From an uncultured Nitrososphaeraceae archaeon (GTDB lineage Archaea; Thermoproteota; Nitrososphaeria; Nitrososphaerales; Nitrososphaeraceae), in assembly GCA_963837175.1 (NCBI GenBank), contig CAWIMJ010000049.1, forward strand, positions 1 through 38,159: DNA of 38,159 bases. Reading direction: 5' to 3'. The notes beneath the pieces were generated by a model. It made no database searches, was not told where the DNA came from, and saw only the letters and a program-made list of their open reading frames with translations. The translations under genes were made by a program, and so were the position numbers. This document shows, piece by piece, positions 1 through 10,908 of this stretch; the stretch's first letter is position 1, and each line of letters opens with the position of its first letter.

Positions 1-298
1 AAAAATCGCTTTTTATTATATGACATATTATGTCCTTTCCACTTATTCGTCCTATGACTTTTCGTCTGTCTATCATCGCACCTCCTCCCACTTTTTGTTG
101 ATTTTCACCTTCTTTTTGCTGCTGAAAAACCAACATTCCATCTGCATAAATCTGTGGTCCTATCGCAAGATAAGTGGATAATTCAATCAGTTTTGTATTA
201 GAATAAACAAATAAAAATGGACGCTCAAATATTTCAGGAAATACATCGATAACGGAATCATCCAAACTATATGGCACCCAAGTCTGTGCAAGATCCAA
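1..298 (-). CDS. Partial CDS running off the window start; possible CBS-domain protein
   Basis: Manual translation from TTG at 298 is stop-free to base 1 (DLAQTWVPYSLDDSVIDVFPEIFERPFLFV...LAIGPQIYADGMLV...KVIGRISGKDII). The 'VIGRISGKDII' segment resembles a CBS motif. Confidence 0.45.
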   Translation of the reverse strand, partial: MDLAQTWVPYSLDDSVIDVFPEIFERPFLFVYSNTKLIELSTYLAIGPQIYADGMLVFQQQKEGENQQKVGGGAMIDRRKVIGRISGKDIICHIIKSDF

Positions 299-524
299 TT
301 TTTATCATCGTTATTACAATCAGATCGCTTTTAACAGCTGAGAACACAGTGCATTGCAAAGCATGATAAATTCTATTGTAAATGATCCAAACAGTCCTTC
401 CAATGCGTGCTAGAACAGTAAAAATTATAGAAATCAAGTTCGCAGAGCTATTTCAAATTGAATCAGAAATACGTAATAATAAACTACTAACCTATAATAT
501 GATTACTAATTTTTGCAAGAATAT

Positions 525-952
525 ATGACAATAACTAAAATATTACTGCACGTAATGGACAGGGATCTGCGATAGAGTACTTGAGAGTACTAAAGAATTT
601 GCAAGAGCATTTAATGCTGAGATATTATTACTGTATGTTATAGATGATATTTCCTATTCAAAGTGCTCCACTTCTAGACATTGACAAAACATGGATTGCA
701 CAGACAAAAAGTATTGCAAAAAGATTAGAAGAAGATGGATGGAAATGACACAAGAGAGAATTGTCAGGGAACTAGCCTAATGAGAAGATAAAAGCTACTA
801 CAAAGGTGTTTATAGTTAGTGAATCTTTCCTGCTACAGATTTGACTATATTGGTTAGCCAGAGTTGGAATGTATCTCATCAAAAATGAGCACTTAAGTGT
901 AGCAAGAAGAGTTTCTGAAATTGCAAAATATCCTGTGATGATAGTTCACTAA
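525..952 (+). pseudogene. Universal stress protein (UspA family) pseudogene
   Basis: Fragments MTITKILL, EFARAFNAEILLLYVIDD and C-terminal SVARRVSEIAKYPVMIVH* match the UspA pattern, separated by stops and frameshifts. Confidence 0.7.
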
Positions 953-1049
953 TTATGATAATATCCAAAATATTAGGAAAGACATAAGAATCTATTAAAG
1001 ATAATGAACAAAATGCTTTTTGATAGAGTAGTTTGTACCTTCTTCATAA

Positions 1050-1342
1050 TCATACCAGCTCATTCCAGACATGAGCACAGTGATAGTTCAGACAGATATG
1101 TCTTATCACAGTATGAAAGATATCTTTTTTATCATACATTATGACTCTGAATTCATAGCGCCACATTTGTGACATGTTGGTTTTTTAGTATCATCATGTC
1201 TCCATACATTTGAACATATAATATTTGCACACTTGTATAAGCTCTTCTTTTTGGTATCTGTTGTTATTATTATTGTTTCAAACTTTAAGGAGGCACAGCG
1301 CGGGCAGGTTATTGTTTTCGTTCTATTGTATCTTTTTTTCAT
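1050..1342 (-). CDS. Small tandem zinc-ribbon protein, split by a frameshift near 1145
   Basis: ORF 1139..1342 has CPRC...CANIICSNVW then CHKC. A 29-aa ORF at 1050..1139 (TAATG overlap) supplies CLNYHCAHVW, completing a second repeat. Confidence 0.6.
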
Positions 1343-1773
1343 ATTCTATTCTTTACTTATGGTCTTCATTTTTGTTTTGCAGGTATTGTACTACACAACT
1401 AAATATTCAAACTTTGCCATTCTTTATTTTTTCATCTGCTACTTTGCTAGCACCTTGAATCGTCACGTGAAGATGATACTGGTTGTTGCATATATTCAGG
1501 TATATAGATAATATAGCAAAGAGTGTAGTATCATATTATCAATGAATAGTAATCGAATGATTTTCGCACCCTTTTCTGATGTTCTAATAATTATATTATT
1601 ATTAACTCCAATTGCCATTGCTTTTGAGTCCTCAGTTGGTTTACTTCATCTTCAAGATGGCCTGTTTGCAGAAGTTCCTTGGAAAATAAATTAGCATTAC
1701 CAAAATCTTCTCATGGATTTCTATAAATGGAATTTGTATATCTTAATATTCACTTAACTGTTTTCTATTTCTC

Positions 1774-2284
1774 ATGAATTACAATAATGGAGAAACTTTA
1801 ACCACAAGTAAAAACATCATTTTTGTTGTAGTACTTCTTCTTACAATAGCAGTGACAGTTGCGTTATTGCTCCTGCAATATACTAATCAGTTAGCAACAG
1901 CACAACAAATGAGTCACGCAAACAATGTTACAGCGAATAGTATAACAAATACCACTAATATGACATATGCAGCCAGGTCAACAGCAAAAGCTCAAAATGT
2001 TTCAATTGTGCCTGACGCTTCTGCTCTTGATGATAAATCATATCAGCCAAATCCAGTTAATATCAACATTGGAGATACCATCATATGGAAAAATGATGAT
2101 AACATTCCCATTACTCATACTGTTACATCAGGGTACTGTGGATGCTGACAACGCGGGAATGGAATTTGACTCAGGATCTATGGATGCAAATGAAAGCTTT
2201 GAACACAAGTTTACTTCTAAAGGAGAATTTCCCTACTTCTGCCAAATTCATCCTAACATGATAGCAAAAGTCATTGTACATTGA
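1774..2284 (+). pseudogene. Membrane-anchored plastocyanin/cupredoxin-like blue copper protein, frameshifted near 2132
   Basis: The N-terminal TM helix and HTVTSG are in one frame; FDSG...YFCQIHPNM is in the next. There is one extra base at tcagggtact. Confidence 0.8.
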
Positions 2285-2490
2285 CTGGTGAAGATAATTT
2301 TAAACAGACAATAAAGAATGGATGGAGGATGATGATGCAATAATAGCATGTGCCTATACTATAGATTAGAGAACCATGTAAGAGATTAGAATTAGAATAT
2401 ACTTCTATGAGAAGATATAGGATATTATTTAGCACAAGATGTTAATTCAATATCAGGAAAATATGGAAAGAATATGTTAGAGATAAGATT

Positions 2491-3535
2491 CTCTTGCGTA
2501 ATTAGATGACATCAATATCGTATCCTGTCCATCCTACACATGCGATTAATCTCTAAACGCTGATTCCATTGGATAGCATTATCCTGAAGTTAATTAGACC
2601 TGAGACTATGTTTGATATGACGTCGTAACGTCGTAGCCTGTTTCTAAATTTGGAACCTATTATCCCAAATTTCTTGATTCTGCATATTGTATGTTCAACT
2701 ACAATCCTGAGTTTGGCATGTTTTTTATTATATCTTCTTTCCTCCATGGACAGTTCACTCTTCCTTTTCTTTCTGTATGGCAGAACAGACTTTACAGTAG
2801 GAAAGTCTTTTTGAATTCCAAGATAGCCTAAATGAACAACAACACTTTCAACTTGTGATGGATAACAGGATGACTATGTTTGTAAACACCATAATCATGT
2901 TTCTTTCCTTTTTCATGTCTTGTTTTATGTAATATCAAACCCTGATTGTTTACCATATATTGATTCTTGACTGTGTGTTTCTTCTTTTTACCTGAGTAGT
3001 AGTTCTTTCTTTTCTTTTTGTTCTTTGGTCTTGGTATCTCCTGCTCTGTTGAATCCACAAAGGCTTTAAAACCTGGAAAATATTCTTCTACTTCTCCGAT
3101 GGTTCTAAGCCTCCTAGTCCGTCTGTATAGTTTCTTTGGCAATGGAATACACCTTTCGATAAGTGGTTCTAAAATCGATATATCTCTGCAGACATTGCTC
3201 TGGTCTAAATTAAAAAGAAATCCTGAAAGTGTGTATGTTATGTACAGCTTGTAGTAAACTAGGAGCATGACGAATCTGTCTCTTACCTTCAAGTCGAATG
3301 GTCTACCTGCACCTATGTTTCTGATCTTCTTTTTTTTGATAGACGCTTTTTCTCATATTCTTGATACCTTAATTCTATTTCCCTACAAATCGTATCAAAT
3401 TCGAATATCTCCAATCCAGTAAACGATCTAAATAATCGGGGTTTCTTTGACAGTCTGGTATAAGACATCAACAAAGCATCAAATGGATGCAGAGGAATGG
3501 AGAATATAGTCCTAAGACTTTCAATTATGCAAGAG
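2491..3535 (-). mobile_element. IS5-family (DDE_Tnp_4-type) element with frameshifted transposase
   Basis: Imperfect TIRs ctcttgcgtaatt (2491-2503) and aattatgcaagag (3523-3535), 12/13 match. Transposase pieces span ~3468..2553 (VDSTEQEIPRPK, YSGKKKKHT, RIVVEHTI) with at least two frameshifts. Confidence 0.8.
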
Positions 3536-3559
3536 GTTTATAATCTTACTCTATAGAAT

Positions 3560-3675
3560 CATTCTTTATCAAAGGTTCCTATTTTGTTAAAAATTATAAG
3601 TGAAAAACCACCTCTCATAATTATTCCTGAATCAAATTCTCCACTAGGCCCGCGTATCGGTATTTCCAGAGGTTA
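3560..3675 (-). pseudogene. Cupredoxin fragment
   Basis: Minus-strand translation TSG.../GPSGEFDSGIIMRGGFSLIIFNKIGTFD parallels the neighbouring cupredoxins. The Cys/His/Met ligand segment is absent. Confidence 0.5.
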
Positions 3676-3735
3676 ACTCCTTTCAATAGATTTTCTAACA
3701 ACTAAAAAGAAGAGAAAAATGGATAAGTATTCCTT

Positions 3736-4089
3736 CTAATGGTCAGGTGCAACAATAATCTTTCCTACCATTGTAGGATGCACCCTACAAAAATATGCAA
3801 ACTCACCTGTATTTGTAAATTTATGTGAAAATGTTTTAGCTGGAGTTATAAGTGCTGTTAATCCTGAATCAAATGCTTCTCCTACGTTTGCGGTATTAGG
3901 TGTACCTGATGTAACAGTATGCAAATTATTGTCATTGTTAGTCCATACAACAGTACTTCCAACTTCAATCCTGACTAGATTTGGCAAATACGCTTTATCG
4001 CCAAGAGTAGTTGCTCCCTTTACTATTGAGACTTTGTTTGTGTCAGAAGAAGAGGGTTCTTGTTGTAGGTGTTCTACCATTTCATTCAT
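3736..4089 (-). CDS. Plastocyanin/amicyanin-like cupredoxin domain (possibly a detached C-terminal domain of the upstream oxidase)
   Basis: HTVTSG...FDSG...YFCRVHPTM gives a complete type-1 Cu site. It has no signal peptide of its own. Confidence 0.85.
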   Translation of the reverse strand: MNEMVEHLQQEPSSSDTNKVSIVKGATTLGDKAYLPNLVRIEVGSTVVWTNNDNNLHTVTSGTPNTANVGEAFDSGLTALITPAKTFSHKFTNTGEFAYFCRVHPTMVGKIIVAPDH

Positions 4090-4096
4090 TCCATTA

Positions 4097-5230
4097 TTAT
4101 GTGGAGCTGCCAGTAATATTTGTTGTAGTCACATTTCCATTTGGATTTTCTTTCTGTAGAGCCTTTGTCAAATTGGTTTGCCAGTCTACCATACTTATAG
4201 ATTTTGTAATGGCTACATCCTTTCCGTCTATCGCATCTACAGCAGGGTTTGTCACATTAAAGTATCCCATTGCTCCTCTTTCTTCAGGTATCCCATGGAA
4301 ATGGAATGTGAATTTACCTGGCCAAGGCCATTTCGCCTCCAATATAGCAGCATTACCTGATCCTACTTCCCATGACTGTACCATAAATGGAGAATTCGCC
4401 CATATGCCTGAAGTATATGCTTTAAACAATGTTCCATGAATATGCATACCATATGCTGGAGAAAGACCTAAATTTATGAGGTAAATTCTAACGGTCTCAT
4501 TGGTTCTTGCAGGAAGAGGATGCATAAAGTATTGTTCTGTATAACCATTGAACATGTAATATTCCGGTAATGGATTTAGTTGGTTTTGTGTATCGTATTC
4601 TCCATCAACAAGAACATATTCTCTTGCTGGAGGCAAAGGTTCTTTAGGATATACTATAAATGCGCCATACAAGCCCATTCTTACATGCTGCATTACTGGA
4701 GAGACGTGACAATGGTACATTATTGCACCAGCTGGCTTTGCAATGATATCATAAGTATATGTTCCATTTGCCGCCACTTGTTCAAATACACCGTCTTGTT
4801 CGCTAGGATGGTCTCCATGTAAATGAACTGTATGTGGAAGGGGTGTTTTGTTAATGAAATGTACTATAACTCTATCACCTTCTGTTGCTGTTAAAGTAGG
4901 ACCAGGAATAGTACCATTATAAGTCCAGGCATCGACACGCACTCCTGGAGCAATTTGCAATGTTGTATCTCGTGCTATTAGGGTATATTCATGGGTTTTT
5001 GGTTGTGTTTGAGACTGTTGTTTTTGTATGTTATCATTATTATTGTTGCTATCCGCACCAAAAGTAGTATTACTACTACCGATTGATGTTGCTGCCAATG
5101 CAACAGTACTGGGCATTAATAAATTGGACATTATGAAAAGAGCTAATGATATTGGTATAGCTTTTCGTATTAGTTTTCTTGCGGAAAAGAAATAAATATT
5201 ATTATTAATTTCTTCTTCCTTTAAAATCAT
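4097..5230 (-). CDS. Secreted two-domain multicopper oxidase (type C 2dMCO)
   Basis: Signal-like N-terminus. Domain 1 has HTVHLHG and YHCH..QHVRMGL (T1 Cu with Leu at the axial position). Domain 2 has MHIHG and FHFHG, with no T1 Cys. Confidence 0.85.
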   Translation of the reverse strand: MILKEEEINNNIYFFSARKLIRKAIPISLALFIMSNLLMPSTVALAATSIGSSNTTFGADSNNNNDNIQKQQSQTQPKTHEYTLIARDTTLQIAPGVRVDAWTYNGTIPGPTLTATEGDRVIVHFINKTPLPHTVHLHGDHPSEQDGVFEQVAANGTYTYDIIAKPAGAIMYHCHVSPVMQHVRMGLYGAFIVYPKEPLPPAREYVLVDGEYDTQNQLNPLPEYYMFNGYTEQYFMHPLPARTNETVRIYLINLGLSPAYGMHIHGTLFKAYTSGIWANSPFMVQSWEVGSGNAAILEAKWPWPGKFTFHFHGIPEERGAMGYFNVTNPAVDAIDGKDVAITKSISMVDWQTNLTKALQKENPNGNVTTTNITGSST

Positions 5231-5382
5231 AATGAAAGTAAACTACAATGCACATTAAAATATATTAAGCATACACTGCCTTTAAATTGTCATGAATAAT
5301 TTCATTAACGTACTACCTATTCTGTAGCTTAATTCTATGTGAGAAGCTTTGACACTTCGTTTTGTCTTTATTTATCTGTTAG

Positions 5383-5690
5383 TTATAAGTTGATGAATTT
5401 GTTGTAAAGCACTACTTTCAATCCTGATTCTACTTTTTGTGCATCAAATTTGATTGAAAGAAATCTTCTCCCTACTACTCTTTTGATTGAAGAAAATACA
5501 ATTTCCGCAATCCCCCCCTTTCCTGCATCTTTTAGATATTTCCATCCTTCATAACCACATTTTTTAATAATCATTAGCTCTTGTCTCCTTAATGGAGACC
5601 CTCTTGCGATTGTAATTGCATTCTTCCTAATCCTGTCGCTAAATCAATATTCAACTCATCTAACAGGTTGAAGTTCCTTCTATCATTGTA
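5383..5690 (-). mobile_element. IS5-family (IS903-like) transposase 3' remnant
   Basis: GYEGWK...IAEIVFSSIKRVVG...KVVLYNKF is a C-terminal DDE segment. Upstream sequence is degenerate. Confidence 0.65.
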
Positions 5691-5789
5691 TGCGAGCAAA
5701 AAGGATGTAGATGAATTCAATGACACAGAAAAATTTAGATTGACTGTGGTACAATTAATTTTTTATATAGACAGAGACAGTATATAGTT

Positions 5790-6801
5790 ATGACAATTCA
5801 GGCTTATGCAGCTCATAACTCAGACGGAAATCTTGAACTGTTTGAATATGAATTAGGTTCTTTGAAACCAGATGAAGTAGAGATCGATGTCGAGTATTGT
5901 GGTATATGTCACAGTGATTTACATATGCTCAAAAATGAATGGGGCTTCACACGGTATCCAATAGTACCTGGACATGAAATTGTTGGCAAGATATCTGCAA
6001 TTGGAGATAATGTAAGCCATCTTGAAGTCGGACGATATGTGGGGGTGGGTTGGCGAGCTCGCTCTTGCTTAATATGTGACCAATGTTTGAGTGGTCATCA
6101 TAATCGCTGCTTGAAAGGAGAAGACGTGATTATTGGTAGATATGGTGGTTTTGCAGATAAAGTACGTTGCCAAGCGGTGTGGGCGTTTCCATTACCTAAA
6201 AATATTAACATTAAAACTGCTGGTCCGTTATTTTGTGGGGGGATCACTGTTTTCAATCCCATAATTCAAAATAATATCAAATCAACAGATCATGTGGCTG
6301 TTGTTGGAATCGGTGGATTAGGACACCTTGCTCTTAAATTTCTTAATTCTTGGGGATGCGAGGTTACTGCCTTCTCTACCAATTCTGAAAAAGAGAAAGA
6401 AGCACGACAGTTTGGAGCCCATAATTTCTTAAATTCACGAAATCCTAATGCTTTAAAGTCTTCAGCAAATAGCTTTGATATGGTATTAGTTACTACAAAC
6501 GTTGGCCTAGATTGGGATCTCTATATTCAGTACACTTCGTCCTGGAGGTAAGTTACACATTGTTGGAGCAGTTCCACAAATAATTGCTACTGTATCTCCT
6601 TTGATTTCTGGCGAGAGATCTATTGGTGGTTCACCTATAGGAGACCCTGCAACGATTGCAATGATGCTAGATTTTGCCAATCGTCATGCCATTGAGCCGA
6701 TTGTAGAAGAGTTTCCATTTTCGCGTGTTAATGATGCAATATCACACCTTGAATCAGGCAAAGCACGTTATCGCATAGTTTTACGAAATGATTTCAAGTA
6801 G
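5790..6801 (+). pseudogene. Zn-dependent NAD(P)H alcohol dehydrogenase (CAD/Ahr-like), frameshifted near 6528
   Basis: GICHSD, PGHE, structural-Zn cysteines and GIGGLG are present. After the frameshift the reading continues STLRPGGKLHIVGA...GKARYRIVL. Confidence 0.85.
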
Positions 6802-7296
6802 TCTTTACTCTACTCACGTTATTAGTTATTGTATTTACAAAGATGGGTTACACTTCTCTGTCTATCTCTAGGAGATGTCCTGGATCTAATTAATCTTTGT
6901 AGAAACATTTCTGACGGAGTAAGGCCATTAATTTCTCCATGTTCTCTGGTTTCAGTATATGACTTCACAAATACATAATACCTTAATTTTCAATCATCTA
7001 TGTTTAGAATATCTTCAACTGCCACAAACTCATTCTTTATTATCTTTTTATACGCTTCGATCTTTCCTTGTAACTGTGGATAAGAGTTAGAAATTGGTTT
7101 ATCTTTATCTTCTTACAAGAAAGTGTTTGAATACTTTGGAGGCAAACTGTTTTCCATTATCATGCATGACCTTCTTAGGTTTACCATTAGTAATTATCCA
7201 CTCTTCCAATGCATCTAATATAGATGTGCTTCTTTTTCTTTCAAATCAGTTACTTGATACCTTTCTTGAACAGTCCTCTATACAACTTATGATGTA

Positions 7297-8408
7297 TACT
7301 GACTAACATAATTTCGCTAATCTATTGTTCTCAACAGATATTTCACAATATCTAGATTGAATCTTGTAGTTCTGTAATAATACGAAATTGTATCTTCTAG
7401 AAAATCAAACAATGGATAATAAGTAGAAAGTATATGATACTTTCCTTGTCTCCAGCATTCTTCTACTGCATTAAATTCAGGAGATCCAACAGGAAAATAT
7501 TCTAATCTGATAGTATCTTTATTCACATCAAGAAATTCTCTTGTAATCTTTGAACAGTGAGGTGTAGCTCTATCAACAAAAATTATTATTTTACCAACAA
7601 ATCTTTTCTGTACCTGTTTTAGATAATCAACAAACGTCTTGCTGTTAAATTTATCATATTGTTTGAATAGTTGTTTACCTTCAAGAGATAGACAGCCAAA
7701 TACAATTGTTCTTTTTCTGGAACCTGTTACAGTTATTATGGGACGTTTGTATTTAGAAATCCATTTCTTTCTTCTGATTACATAATCATATACAAATATG
7801 GATTCATCTTGTACAAGAATGGTCCAATCTGATGATTTTAGATTGGTCAGAATATGATTTACTCTTTTTTGAATCTCTTCTTTTCTTTAGTAGAAGCAGT
7901 ATTGACGAACTTTTTCTGTGGTACTTTAGATTTGAAGCCCCATTTATGTAATAGACGGTAGATATGTACCTCATGATATCTTACTCCCGTTTTCGTGTAA
8001 ATAAGATCCATTACCTGTCTGAAATCCCATCCGGAATTACTATCTTCTAATTCCTGTCTTATATTTATCATTGTATCCTTTGGTACATCTGGAGGTCTAC
8101 CACTTCTTTCCTTATCTTTTAATCCATTTAATCCTTCTTTATCAAATCTATGTAACCATTTGTAAGCCCACCATCTTGATCTGTTTAATTCATGTTCTGC
8201 TACAGATGCCGCTTCTTGTTTGTCTATCTTGACACGTTTTACAAGTAGTATTCTTTCCTTTACATTACTGTCTTTTTCTTTCTTGTATGCATTATTTAGA
8301 ACAGCGTTAATCGATACGAGCAATTAGTAAAACTGACTATATATTAGCAAGCTAAATTGGTTATGGTAAAAATAATTAGATAATAGTATGAATTTATGTT
8401 AGTTAGTA
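7297..8408 (-). mobile_element. IS630-family element, apparently complete
   Basis: TIRs tactgactaacataatttc / gaatttatgttagttagta (17/19), flanked by a TA duplication at 7295-7296 and 8409-8410. Confidence 0.9.
7317..8323 (-). CDS. IS630 transposase, two ORFs joined by a probable programmed -1 frameshift
   Basis: The HTH ORF 7859..8323 ends just after AAAAAAG (7870..7864). The -1 frame is open to 7317 and carries QDES, VDRATPH and SPEFNAVE (DDE triad). Confidence 0.85.
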
Positions 8409-8749
8409 TAGTTACATGTGTTAGAGTTCTGTATATAGGATGGGACAAGGATATCCATTTGTACCATATCGTTTGGATGCTTCTTTGTAAAATGTCTATA
8501 CTTCCTTATGTTTGACTTACACTTGAGAACATTAAGGTTATGTCTTTTCAATGTTTGTATATACTTCTACTGCTTAACGATATTCCAACTCTATTTAGCC
8601 TGAACTTAATTTTGTTACAACCAAATCTATTTCTAAGTCTGTACATCTAGGATTGTTTCTTCTATCTCCTTTGTTATCTTCTTATATTTGACCGTATAAG
8701 GTTTCCTTCATAGGTTGTTAAGACCTTTCTATTCCTTGATTCTATCTTT

Positions 8750-9920
8750 CTTACGTACCAAGATATTCTAGTATGTCCTGTTTTGTTATTTGTTCAAAAG
8801 GTTTGAAATCTAAATGTTTGTTAAACAAGTAAATAATTTTAATTTTTGTTAAACTGGAACTAAGAGCCTATCCCAAAAATAGATAGGAATATAGCTCGTT
8901 TGTTTTTATTAGATTATCTGTTAAATATTTGACTAAAAGTAAAAAATATGTCAGAACAATCACATGTATTCCAGATCACTTATGGAATAAAATTAAAAAT
9001 ATTTTACCAGATGAAAAACCAGAGAATACTATAGGTAGACCAGTTGTTTCATATAGAAAAGTACTTGATGGCATACTATTTGTTTTAAGAACTGGCTGCC
9101 AGTGGAAAATGTTACCCAAAGACTATGGATCTGGTTCTACTACATGCCATAGAAGATTTCAGCAATGGATACAATTAGGTATTTTCGATACACTATGGTC
9201 TAGATTGCTAAAAATATATGATAACAAAAGAGGAATCAAATGGAACTGGCAATCACTTGACAGTATCTCAATAAAATCGCCTTTAGGGGGGCGATGACTG
9301 GACATAATCCTACTGACAGAAGCAAATTAGGCAGTAAAAGACATATTTTAGTGGATAAAGAAGGTATTCCCTATCTACTTTTATAACATCTGCAAATACT
9401 CATGATGCTACTGTTGCAATTGATACTGTTGATAGCATGGTTATCAAAAGAAGACAGTCATACAAACTAATTGATAGAAATAAGAGGAAGAAGCAAAATC
9501 TATGTCTTGATAAAGCATATCATTCCAAAGAAGTAGAACAAGAAATCATCAAAAGAGGATACATACCACATATACGACACAGAAGAGAAGAAGAAAAACA
9601 ATTCAAAAAGGAACATCCTGCAAGAAGATGGGTAGTAGAGAGAACAAATTCTTGGCATAACAGATTCAGGAAGTTATTTACTAGATATGAAAAGAAGGAG
9701 GAGAACTATCTTGGTCTTGTACAACTAGCAAGTAGCCTTATTGTTTATAGGAGGTTAATTTTGGGATAGGCTCTAAGTTTAATGTTGCACTCATTGTACT
9801 CAGTTGTTAGGAATTCAGACTACCTTTGCATTCTCTGGATTAGCACGAGTCATCTGTTTAAAGATGGACCTAAAGTAAGGCAGCGCACCATCAGTTAGAG
9901 AATCAATCAATCTATCTTCA
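8750..9920 (-). pseudogene. Tyrosine integrase N-terminal remnant, interrupted by IS5
   Basis: Reads LIDSLTDGALPYFRSIFKQM..NPENAK, then a frameshift, then EFLTTEYNECNIKLSSSLTKIKIIYLFNKHLDFKPFEQITKQDILEYL, which is in frame once IS5 and one TAA are removed. It resembles thaumarchaeal integrase N-termini as I recall them and lies just 3' of the tRNA. Confidence 0.6.
8864..9773 (+). mobile_element. IS5-family (IS427/IS1031-like) element
   Basis: Perfect 15-bp TIR gagcctatcccaaaa / ttttgggataggctc with a TAA duplication (8861-8863, 9774-9776). Transposase 8929..9769 (LRTGCQW, LDKAY, RWVVERT) shifts frame at the G-run near 9290 and again near 9370, probably inactivating it. Confidence 0.92.
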
Positions 9921-10065
9921 TTTCCAAATCTTCTACTCTGTTGTTCTTTGCTGCTGTTGCAGTAATAGTAATGGAAGTCTTAGCTTTGAGTGGACATTCA
10001 AAGGGGTCCTGTTTAGGAGTAGCTTTGTCTCTTTAAAAAAAATATGTATAGATCCATGACTAGAA

Positions 10066-10140
10066 TGGAGGGAATGGGATTCGAACCCATGACCACCTGC
10101 GTGTAAGGCAGGTATCATAACCAAGCTAGACCACCCCTCC
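10066..10140 (-). tRNA. tRNA-Val(TAC)
   Basis: The reverse complement folds as a cloverleaf: acceptor GGAGGGG/TCCCTCC, anticodon arm CCTGC-CTTACAC-GCAGG, T arm GGGTTCGAATCCC. No intron and no encoded CCA. Confidence 0.97.
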
Positions 10141-10281
10141 TCTGTTAGGAATTTACGTCTGCTTGACCGTATCGATATTAATAGGTTGTTTGAACTAGCC
10201 TCATAAATTTCGTAGAAGTATTCTTTTCTATATAAGAGTCACCGATAAAAAAGTAGTAATAGCAATAGAATTATCTGTGAA

Positions 10282-10881
10282 TTGGCATTCAAACTTTTAT
10301 TAAAGCCGCAATCTATATCTTTAACAATAATAATGTATTCTGGCGCAGTAGATGTTCTAGGAGCACTGACTGAGAAATTGAAACAGCAGATAAATGATAC
10401 TCAAGATAAGTATGAGTCGTTTATCGATGCGACCCAGCTCTATAAGCAGGGAAAAACGAATGAAAAAGAATACTTTGCTAATATTGGCGATTATCTGATT
10501 TCAACATCTGCGTTGGATTTTCTTGCGATTCGAGTAATTTTGGAAATGAAGTCAGAAATCGACAAGGGCACATTAATGAAAAAAGCTACTGGTGGGATGG
10601 CTTCTTCTTCTCCTCCTCCTTCTCCTCAGGCTGGTTTTGGAATAGGGGGCTTTGTAGGTACTGGTGGAGCTGTTGGTGGAGGAGGAGAAGAATATGTTAT
10701 GCCTGTACCGGAGCAGCAAGAACCCACATTCAAGCCAGTAAATATTGAGCTGGAACGACCTTCTAGGGATAGTAGTAGTGGAAAAGAAACAACGACAACA
10801 ATAACTAAAAATTGTATTGTCTGTGGATCAGCAATTCCTAAACAAGCAAAATTCTGCAGTAAATGTGGTAATTCACAATAA
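10282..10881 (+). CDS. Hypothetical protein with C-terminal zinc ribbon (real start may be ATG 10333)
   Basis: Helical N-terminal part, Gly/Pro-rich linker, then CIVC...FCSKCG. Confidence 0.8.
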   Translation: MAFKLLLKPQSISLTIIMYSGAVDVLGALTEKLKQQINDTQDKYESFIDATQLYKQGKTNEKEYFANIGDYLISTSALDFLAIRVILEMKSEIDKGTLMKKATGGMASSSPPPSPQAGFGIGGFVGTGGAVGGGGEEYVMPVPEQQEPTFKPVNIELERPSRDSSSGKETTTTITKNCIVCGSAIPKQAKFCSKCGNSQ

Positions 10882-10908
10882 TTAATAGCCAGATAGCAAT
10901 ACCCTATA

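Larger units (their letters stand above)
6830..8755 (-). mobile_element. IS481-like (rve integrase-core) transposase remnant, interrupted by IS630
   Basis: Removing the IS630 restores in-frame HPNDMVQMDILVPSYIQNSNTCNYIISCIEDCSRK. Downstream are GKPKKVMHDNGKQF and YPQLQGKIE. A candidate terminus TGTATTTACAAAGATGGGTTACAC starts at 6830. The 5' end is missing and there are internal stops. Confidence 0.75.

Noticed and set aside
1225-1511. Two hydrophobic plus-strand ORFs
   Set aside because: T-rich shadows of the minus-strand zinc-ribbon gene with no recognisable motif.
4097-5230. Calling this gene nirK
   Set aside because: HxH/HCH motifs in both domains indicate a trinuclear-cluster oxidase; the NirK HxxDxH motif and axial Met are absent.
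7094-7306. Plus-strand 70-aa ORF
   Set aside because: Antisense shadow of the IS481 transposase.
9933-10124. 63-aa ORF
   Set aside because: It overlaps tRNA-Val on the same strand, so it is a spurious translation.
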